Source: Amoeboradix gromovi X-113 | Lineage: Eukaryota > Fungi > Sanchytriomycota | NCBI GenBank assembly: GCA_018985225.1 | Contig: JADGIF010000228.1 | Coordinates: 1-13,723 of the forward strand | Length of the DNA: 13,723 nucleotides | Direction: 5' to 3' | Part shown: positions 6,935-13,723 of the stretch, one piece after another | Layout of the letters: each line of letters starts with the position of its first letter | Numbering within the stretch: the stretch's first letter is position 1 | The notes under the pieces: generated by a model | What the model was told of the DNA's origin: nothing | The model's input: the letters and a program-made list of their open reading frames with translations, nothing else | Database searches by the model: none | Position numbers and translations under genes: made by a program

Positions 6935-9295
6935 ATGTCCACATCAAAATCTCTCACTTACAGCGCAGTTTCCAATTCCAAAAATGTACATGTATATGCA
7001 GCAATTTGTGAGTCTCGGGGACAGGTTCCACAAATTGGAATCGCAACCTTTGATACCTCATTTTGTGAGGTACAAATGAGTGAATTTGCAGATTCCAAAA
7101 CATATGACTTTTTACTTAGTAAGCTCTTGCTATTAGATCCTCATGTAATACTATTTCCAAACACGCAGCTTAATGAACATCTTATGACTACTCTTCATGA
7201 AAATACTGGTGCCCAGTTGATCCCAATCGACCGCAAGTACTTTAGCGATGAAATTGGAATGAACACAATTGAAAACTTTGCCCTAAAAGATGATGTTCCG
7301 AAAATCAAAATTTTAACAAATGCTCAGTATTTTTCATTATCATGTGTAGGCGCTTTGTTTAAATTTTTAAATTCATCAAATGAAATGTTCGCCCATCACA
7401 GTTTAAAGTTTACCACTTGTGCTGCTGCGAACACGATGCTAATTGACTATACTACTGCAAGAAATTTAGAGCTAGTGTATAATCAAACAGGAAATAAAAA
7501 CAATGGAAGTTTATTTAATGTTTTAAACTATTGCTGTACTAAAATGGGGAATCGCAAGTTAAGAACTTCTGTGCTACAACCGAGTACAGACCCGACCTTG
7601 ATTAGCCAGGTACAGCAGTCAATTGAGGAGCTGCTAAGTAAAAGAGAAACACTGGCAACTATTAAAGATTATTTGGATAATTTGGGAGATGTGGACAGCT
7701 TAATAATGTTTTTGGTAAAGAAACCATCTTCAAGAAATAATCCAAAGTCACTAAATTTGAACATAGCATCCTGCGTAGAACTAAAGAAACTTTGCCATTC
7801 TCTAATAGGATTATGGAAATTGCAATCTAATGATTTAACTTGTTTAAATGCCTTGTACGATATGGTACCAGAAGAAGAGGTAAATAAGCTTTACTCTAAA
7901 TTGGATTTGGTTATATCAGACGATGTAATATTCGAGAAATCAGCAATTGGAGCAAGAAATCAAAAGATTTTCGCTATCAAACCCGAAATAGATGGAATGC
8001 TGGATGTAGCTAGACAAATGTATCAAGAGTCCATAAACGATGTCTATGAGTTATCAACAGATTACTCTGAAGCATTCCATGTTGAAATGCAGGTTGTACA
8101 TGAAAGGCAGGGATATAGATTTAGCATTTCAAAGGAATTTGAGTCGATGCTTGATCAGAGTTCTATAAAATTCAAGAATGACGACGAAAAGGTGAATGGA
8201 ACTGATCTTTTTGTGGAGCGTAAAAGAAAAGCGAAAAAAATTACTTTTACAACACTAGATCTTATGAAATTGAATGAGAGAATTAATGAGAATGTTTATG
8301 AGATTAATCTGACATCTGAAAGGGTGTTAAAAGAGTTAATAAATGATCTCCGTGAAAACATTGACATCTGGTATAAGATAAGTAGTGCCATTGCTAGTCT
8401 TGATTACATATATTCAATGACAAAATACAGCAGCATATCTCAAACAGTTAGGCCTCAATTTTCTGAGGTGATAGCAATTAAACAAGCGCACCATCCAATT
8501 AGAAAATCTTTAAAATACTCTAGTGTCCCCAATGATTGTTATGCTAGTAAAGAATCAAGAATTCAAGTCATTAGCGGCTCTAACATGAGCGGTAAATCGA
8601 CATATACCAAACAGATTGCGCTTCTAATCATAATGTGTCAGATCGGATGCTTTGTTCCTTGCGATTTGATGTACTTCCCTATATTCGACTGTATATTAAC
8701 AAGAATTGGGAACGACGATGATTTAAAGACCAATTCTGGATCATTTTGTAAAGAAATGAGGTCTTTGTCATACGTATTTGATAAAGTATCATCTAACTCA
8801 TTGGTTATAATTGATGAGTTGGGCAGAGGTACAAGCCACATAGATGCTATTAGTATCACATTGGCGACCATCGAAAGATTGGTTAAAACTAATTGTATAC
8901 TGTTTTTGATCACTCATATTGAAGAACTAATTGAGCCATTAGAACAGTACCCTGGAATATTACAAGTGCATTTTGATGTAGAATTAAGTCACGGAAAGCC
9001 GAGTTACAGTTACGAGATCAAAGAGGGGGCATCTAGAAGTAGATTTTATGGAATTGATCTTGCAAAGGAAGCAGCCTTGCCGGAAAAGCTGGTGAACGAT
9101 GCCCGGGAAATTGCCGAGTCTTTATATTCCACAGAGAAGAAGCTGATAAATATCGATGAGAGTGTTAACATCTCTAAGATTAAGCAGTGCTTTTATGAAA
9201 TGACTAGAAATGCATGCAATCAACCAACAGAGTTGACATTAGCTTTACTAAAGGACTATAGGCGACAGTATTTGGAAGCATTGGGACAGATTTAG
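6935..9295 (+). CDS. MSH4: Meiotic MutS homolog MSH4, 786 aa
   Basis: No mismatch-binding domain I. N-terminal AICESRG...IGIA; LIDYTTARNLELV; Walker A GSNMSGKSTYTKQIAL..IMCQIGCFVP; Walker B IIDELGRGTS; FLITH; YGIDLA. This pattern fits MSH4 better than MSH2/3/5/6. Confidence 0.92.
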   Translation: MSTSKSLTYSAVSNSKNVHVYAAICESRGQVPQIGIATFDTSFCEVQMSEFADSKTYDFLLSKLLLLDPHVILFPNTQLNEHLMTTLHENTGAQLIPIDRKYFSDEIGMNTIENFALKDDVPKIKILTNAQYFSLSCVGALFKFLNSSNEMFAHHSLKFTTCAAANTMLIDYTTARNLELVYNQTGNKNNGSLFNVLNYCCTKMGNRKLRTSVLQPSTDPTLISQVQQSIEELLSKRETLATIKDYLDNLGDVDSLIMFLVKKPSSRNNPKSLNLNIASCVELKKLCHSLIGLWKLQSNDLTCLNALYDMVPEEEVNKLYSKLDLVISDDVIFEKSAIGARNQKIFAIKPEIDGMLDVARQMYQESINDVYELSTDYSEAFHVEMQVVHERQGYRFSISKEFESMLDQSSIKFKNDDEKVNGTDLFVERKRKAKKITFTTLDLMKLNERINENVYEINLTSERVLKELINDLRENIDIWYKISSAIASLDYIYSMTKYSSISQTVRPQFSEVIAIKQAHHPIRKSLKYSSVPNDCYASKESRIQVISGSNMSGKSTYTKQIALLIIMCQIGCFVPCDLMYFPIFDCILTRIGNDDDLKTNSGSFCKEMRSLSYVFDKVSSNSLVIIDELGRGTSHIDAISITLATIERLVKTNCILFLITHIEELIEPLEQYPGILQVHFDVELSHGKPSYSYEIKEGASRSRFYGIDLAKEAALPEKLVNDAREIAESLYSTEKKLINIDESVNISKIKQCFYEMTRNACNQPTELTLALLKDYRRQYLEALGQI

Positions 9296-9360
9296 TAAAC
9301 TCTGATCATGTTATTATATTTTTTGCTAAATAACTGAATAGTGTAGTATTTAATACACAT

Positions 9361-9390
9361 GGGACATCAAATATAAAAACTGGACTAACT
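9361..9390 (+). repeat. Left terminal inverted repeat GGGACATCAAATATAAAAACTGGACTAACT
   Basis: Reverse complement of 9835-9864 with one mismatch. Confidence 0.93.
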
Positions 9391-9834
9391 TTCTGTAACA
9401 ACTGGGAACATTATTTCAGCTTTATTACTTTATGGATTTAAGAGACGAGTGGACATTCAGCTAGTTGCGGAGTTGACCAGTATAAAAGGAAAATAAATAA
9501 CTTTTTGTATCGAAATTTCAAAAATAAATATTCTGTACAGCTATTCTCTTACTCTTTCATCCAATCTTTATTTCAAATAAATATCACTATTACACTTCAA
9601 AGAAATAGATAAGAGTAATGATGTTAGTATAACATTACAAAATGATTCTAGAAAAGAGTACCGTCTAAGAAAATGCACCTTTTGCTTAGATGCTCAAAGA
9701 CCTCAAATATTTGAACGCGATGCAGGGTCTTCTAGTTTTATTTTAAAAAGAGGAATACAATCAATGAAAGAGAATTGGTATAATAGAAAATCTTTTATTA
9801 ATGATATCCTCCGTATGGTGCACCTTTAAAAACG

Positions 9835-9864
9835 AGTTAGTCTAGTTTTTATATTTGATGTCCC
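9835..9864 (-). repeat. Right terminal inverted repeat
   Basis: AGTTAGTCTAGTTTTTATATTTGATGTCCC, reverse complement of 9361-9390 with one mismatch. Confidence 0.93.
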
Positions 9865-9890
9865 ACATAACATAAAATCTTTATATAGAC

Positions 9891-11462
9891 ATGAAACGAG
9901 ATCTATTCTTTTCATCACATGAATTGTTAAAACTGATTAAGAATGTTAAAGATGTAGTATTATACTCGTTTTACTTACGTGAAAACGCGCTGAATGGACT
10001 GGAATGCGGAAAGTCATATAAAGAAGCATCAGGGTTGTTAGCTCAAGCAGCAGGAGTATTTCTATACTTGGAATCAAGCGAACTGGAAGACAAGGCAACA
10101 TTTGCAAGCATTAAGGAAATAAGTTTGTTGGAAGCTAGTGAATTGTACTTTCTGCAAGCTAAGAAGGATGCTAAATTTTCAAATTCGTTAATTGCTAAAA
10201 TGTGCGTGTCTGTAAGCGATGGATACACTAAAATAACAAAGTCATATATAGATTTGCCATTGGGGGTTAAAAGTGCAATTTTAGCAAAGAAGTATTACTA
10301 TGAATCAATGGCCAATTTTTACGCCGGAGAGGCCGAAGAAAGCGAGAGACTCAAGTCTGCAAGATTTTGTTTAGCCTTCCAGCTTAGTGAGAAGTCGATC
10401 CGTATCTTTAAAAAGTTGAATTACCCTGGACTATTATATAAGGCTGAAGCATGGAAGGCTCTTTTGCATTCCAAAGTTCCTTCACCAGGTAAACTGCTAA
10501 TGATTTGGAACAACGTGCCGCAATTGCAAGCATTTGACGGTCCTATAGTATGCTGTGTGGAATTCTCTATGGAAAATTTTCTTCTTCCAGTGGATTTGCC
10601 TGAATTTTTACAAATTTACTTGAGCAAAACAAAGCCGCGATTGAAGTCAATCGAGAGAATAATGGAGAAAGCACCTCTGCTGTCGACTAAAAGTGCATCA
10701 AAAGATCAATGCGAGATAGCTGATGGTCTTATTGGAACATTAAGTGACGCAATCATAAATTGCAGAAAGGCAATGTGGGAAATAGAGAGCGATTTCTCAG
10801 CTTATATAATGGGTTCCAGAGATATTTCTAATACTCTTAAAGATATGAGCGATTTGTTGGACTCACACGAGAAGGAATTTAAAAAGATTACAAAATCGTA
10901 TTCAAATGAAGCTGTTAGCAATTCCAAAAGCTTAATTAAGCCAATTTTTGATAGCTCAAAGCAGTTGGACATTCCGTCTAGCGCAAGTTATTCCATTTTG
11001 AAATATGAGATCGATAGCGTTTTGGCACTACAATCTAGAATCGATGGCATAAAGAGTCAATTGGAATTGTCAAACGAAAAATTCAAGCTTGAAGCTGTCA
11101 AATCTTTAAAAGACGCAAAAAAAGGCAGTTTCATTCAGACCGTGTGGCACTCAATCTCAAGAAAATCAAAATCAAGGAATATGAGAAGAGTTAACGATCA
11201 GGTTTCACAGATGCAAGATTACGAAGTGAGCGCCATTAGCAATGCTATCAAAGTAAACAACATAGAGCTGAACAAAGTTTTAGAAACTAGAAACAAGACT
11301 AAAAAAAGTGATAGGAACCAGCACTCACGATTTTTGACACAGCAGCATTCTAATAACTCTATAAAAATTCCAAGATTGAGGTCTCGTACAAATGACAGGG
11401 TACTGCAATGGTTACACGCGGAGCAGTCAGAAGCTGAATTTGAATATCCAGTTTTATATTAA
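9891..11462 (+). CDS. BRO1-domain protein (Bro1/Alix/Rim20/BROX superfamily), divergent and apparently N-terminally short, 523 aa
   Basis: YKEASGLLAQAAGVFLYL, ELYFLQAK...SLIAKMCVSVSDGY and KKYYYESMANFY match BRO1 helices. A helical/coiled-coil C-terminal half follows. Confidence 0.75.
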   Translation: MKRDLFFSSHELLKLIKNVKDVVLYSFYLRENALNGLECGKSYKEASGLLAQAAGVFLYLESSELEDKATFASIKEISLLEASELYFLQAKKDAKFSNSLIAKMCVSVSDGYTKITKSYIDLPLGVKSAILAKKYYYESMANFYAGEAEESERLKSARFCLAFQLSEKSIRIFKKLNYPGLLYKAEAWKALLHSKVPSPGKLLMIWNNVPQLQAFDGPIVCCVEFSMENFLLPVDLPEFLQIYLSKTKPRLKSIERIMEKAPLLSTKSASKDQCEIADGLIGTLSDAIINCRKAMWEIESDFSAYIMGSRDISNTLKDMSDLLDSHEKEFKKITKSYSNEAVSNSKSLIKPIFDSSKQLDIPSSASYSILKYEIDSVLALQSRIDGIKSQLELSNEKFKLEAVKSLKDAKKGSFIQTVWHSISRKSKSRNMRRVNDQVSQMQDYEVSAISNAIKVNNIELNKVLETRNKTKKSDRNQHSRFLTQQHSNNSIKIPRLRSRTNDRVLQWLHAEQSEAEFEYPVLY

Positions 11463-11807
11463 TAGCACTTTTTTATAATTGAATAAATCACGTATCCCTA
11501 TTGCTTGTATTTTGGCGTTCTAACAGTCCTTGCAAGAGTTTGTAATCGAATAAAAATGAGATTATCTGTTTTCTTATTTTTGGCATATTTTTCAAATTTA
11601 CCTTAGCCAGAATATGTGAATATACGCTCTTATACAGATATAGATTTTCTAGAGACAAGACTATTGTCCAAAAAAAGGAAAAAGATTGAAGAATTTCATG
11701 ACTCACTAGTCGAACATGTAAAAGGTGTGATGCCCATAAGACAACCAATTTGGAGAAATGAAGACGCACAAATGTCATTCAGAAGCAGATATTGACTAGA
11801 TACAAAA

Positions 11808-11865
11808 TACATGCATCCATATTCTATCTCGCCTCAGGGTAGTGAGAGCATGGGCAACCACTGTA
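11808..11865. mobile_element. Dispersed repeat copy B; probable Tc1/mariner-like transposon end
   Basis: Same orientation as copy A (61-117). The minus strand reads TA|CAGTGGTTGCCCATGCTCTCACTACC. It lies in the largest gene-free gap of the window. Confidence 0.55.
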
Positions 11866-12208
11866 ATGGGGTGAATTTTTTATCAGTTCTGACTGGAAAT
11901 CTTCATTTACGCATAAATAAATACTAATCTCAGGTAATATTAAAGAGAAAGCTGATTTTCTTGGGAGCTAAGAATTTATGGTTGAGTAAATGATTATTTT
12001 TTACTAAGATAAAAAATGTGCTTGAATATAATTGCTAAAGCTTTGCAAAGAATGTTTAGCAATTCTATTTCACGGACCGATTTGTTTTTTGGTAACATGT
12101 CCTTATCTTGGTAATAGTATGACTGATGGTCCACTACTACTAAGATTGCGTAGCAGAGAAAGACCTCTCAAAGAGGACCTTGAACACTGGTTATTTTACG
12201 TTAAATGT

Positions 12209-12997
12209 TTATTCTGTCAGGTTTTTTGCAATATCTGCCCCATTTAGATGATCTCTGCCTTGGTAAAATTTAATAAGGTAGTCCATGCTTGATCTATGCT
12301 GTGCCATTTTGATGCTGCTACCAACTCCTAATCCAAGTAGAGTCTTTTCATTAAAGCACCCCACTTCAAAAATTGGAGAATGGCTAAATCTGCCGCTCTC
12401 TTTCAGTATTTTATAGTTCAACTTGCAATTCAGTTTTTCCTGTAATAGTTTGTGAGGATCGTCTATTTTAAGAATGTCATTTAACTTCAAGGAAGAATTA
12501 CTAATTAGCATGTCATTAATGAACTTACGAGTATACTCTAAACCCTTGGTCTTGGTGAAATACCCAATTAAAGCGTACACAATATTTCTCAAATCGCCTT
12601 TTTGCATTTTGGTCTCGTTGAACTCATTGTATATTCTGTGAACTCCAAGCTGTTGCGCAAATTTACTTAATGTATCATTATTCATATAAGCCTGCGCACC
12701 ATTTTCTATCATGTTCTCGGATGACTTTGGCCACTTATTCATAATATGCTCGTATATAACAGTGTGTATTGTACTTTTGCCTAGTCCTTTATATGCTGAA
12801 TTTGTGGACTTGCCATCATGGAAAGGCCCAACCGGGTTGGTTGGTGGGTTCGATAATATAACAGCGATATCTTCCTTGGGCAACTTTAAACGTGATACAA
12901 ATGCGGAAACCTCTGCTGATAGAGTTCGCATCATCCCTTGTTTGTGCCTAACAGATTTTGCAATACACTCATTAATCCCTAAGAAATGCAAACTCAT
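12209..12997 (-). CDS. MRPL3: Mitochondrial large ribosomal subunit protein mL44 (yeast Mrpl3 family; RNase III-like domain + dsRBD)
   Basis: ESGRFSHSPIFEVGCF....LGLGVGSSIKMAQHRS..D.L..FY matches the mL44 dsRBD (E[ST]GR.S..P.F.VG.F....LG.G.GSS+..A..RA). Upstream NSAYKGLG and IVYALIG fit an RNase III-like fold without the catalytic signature. The start could be the downstream MMRTL. Confidence 0.87.
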   Translation of the reverse strand: MSLHFLGINECIAKSVRHKQGMMRTLSAEVSAFVSRLKLPKEDIAVILSNPPTNPVGPFHDGKSTNSAYKGLGKSTIHTVIYEHIMNKWPKSSENMIENGAQAYMNNDTLSKFAQQLGVHRIYNEFNETKMQKGDLRNIVYALIGYFTKTKGLEYTRKFINDMLISNSSLKLNDILKIDDPHKLLQEKLNCKLNYKILKESGRFSHSPIFEVGCFNEKTLLGLGVGSSIKMAQHRSSMDYLIKFYQGRDHLNGADIAKNLTE

Positions 12998-13148
12998 ATT
13001 TGAAAAATATTTTCAAAAAGTAGCGAGCAGATGTCGTTTTGACAAAGTGTGTCCAGTGCCTCATAGAAAACTGTTAGGTTTTTACGTCTTTCACTATATT
13101 TTGTAATTTTATTTTCAAAACCGTTGGAGATCAATTCCTAGAAATCGC

Positions 13149-13514
13149 ATGAAGCCTAGTAGTAGAATATTTCTAGTAGATAGAGGCTGTGATGAATTTA
13201 TCGAAAAGTATTTTAAAACATTTGATACAGTTAGGCATTTCTTGATTAATTTTTACGCCAATGAAGCATCTTTGTTATGGAATGGCAATTGCATAAATTA
13301 CGAAAGCTTAAATTCCTTCTTTGCTCAAATTCCTGCAAGCTATCATGTGGTTGACTCTTATGATGCTCATCCTATCACTAATGAAACCTTCCTTGTACAT
13401 GTAAATGGGACTGTGCAGTATGGTGAGACCCAAAAGCAGTTCTCTCAGACATTTATGTTGAAGCAGGATTCAAAAACCAAAATTGTGACGGACCATTTCC
13501 GCTTCTTGACTTAG
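13149..13514 (+). CDS. NXT1: NTF2-related export protein NXT1/p15, 121 aa
   Basis: EFIEKYFKTFD..R....FY...ASLLWNGN, FF..IP.S.H.V.S.DAHP, V.GTV.Y, FSQTF.L and KIVTDHFRF. LWNGN and D.FRF favour NXT1 over NTF2. Confidence 0.85.
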   Translation: MKPSSRIFLVDRGCDEFIEKYFKTFDTVRHFLINFYANEASLLWNGNCINYESLNSFFAQIPASYHVVDSYDAHPITNETFLVHVNGTVQYGETQKQFSQTFMLKQDSKTKIVTDHFRFLT

Positions 13515-13723
13515 ACCTCAAAAATAGTAAATATTATTAGTTTGCAAAGATTTAGTCCTAAAAGTCTTGATTTCCAAGAATATCAAGAGCATCCACAGGG
13601 AAGTTGAAAATAATATTCACTCCGTTGGCGTGAAAGTGAAAAAGGCAAAATTAACAACTCTCAATATCATAGGACTTCTTTTTATTGGTACTGGTATTTT
13701 GTCACCATTCAACACTTTGCAGA

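Larger units (their letters stand above)
9361..9864 (-). mobile_element. 504-bp non-autonomous TIR DNA transposon with degenerate Mutator (MULE)-like transposase remnants
   Basis: 30-bp TIRs at 9361-9390 and 9835-9864 (29/30 identical, starting GGG), with ACAT directly on both flanks. Minus-strand fragments EHLSKRCIFLDGTLF*NHFVMLY*H (9695-9621), YRIFIFEI (9537-9514) and NKAEIMFP (9426-9403) occur in MULE motif order. Confidence 0.8.

Noticed and set aside
9581-9829. 82-codon open + frame (with CTFC) and the fragment LKYLNAMQGLL as upstream BRO1 exons
   Set aside because: They lie inside the TIR element, and no consensus-type tiny intron joins them to the 9891 frame.
11488-11778. 96-aa minus-strand ORF
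   Set aside because: No recognisable family, and it sits in a probable transposon-relic region.
4898-13106. ORFs at 4898, 5511, 6561, 8638, 10043, 12032 and 12711
   Set aside because: They overlap better-supported genes on the opposite strand, and several begin at non-ATG codons.
233-13514. Alternative genetic code (TAA/TAG = Gln, or TGA reassigned) or programmed frameshifting as the cause of broken ORFs
   Set aside because: Long ORFs contain no in-frame stops, TAA/TAG end genes at the expected positions, and each break is explained by a GT-AG segment with a shared branch motif.
13515-13723. Partial gene at the right edge (ATG-less + frame from 13531; minus frame ending ...FTPTE*)
   Set aside because: No start codon or recognisable motif, and the strand cannot be decided without flanking sequence.
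1-13723. Prokaryotic features (CRISPR array, operons, rRNA) and tRNA genes
   Set aside because: The gene content and introns are eukaryotic. No spaced direct repeats or cloverleaf structures were seen.

Overview
A very compact, AT-rich eukaryotic nuclear segment in the standard genetic code, probably fungal or fungus-related (inferred from the gene families). Nine protein genes are called: a PLAC8-family protein, WDR6/Rtt10(Trm734), a divergent CDC27/APC3, a small putative secreted protein, a coiled-coil protein, meiotic MSH4, a BRO1-domain protein, mitoribosomal mL44 (MRPL3) and NXT1. The most striking feature is ultra-small spliceosomal introns. Three GT-AG introns of only 19-20 nt, on both strands, share the pattern GTAY...(C/A)TAAYWTAG with the putative branch A fixed 6 nt from the 3' end. 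Splicing each one restores a continuous reading frame. AATAAA signals are fused to stop codons, including a palindromic bidirectional signal between two convergent genes 7 nt apart. The larger intergenic gaps hold transposon relics: a 504-bp TIR element with Mutator-like transposase remnants, and two diverged copies of a Tc1/mariner-like terminus. All family calls come from motif recognition by eye, not from database searches.
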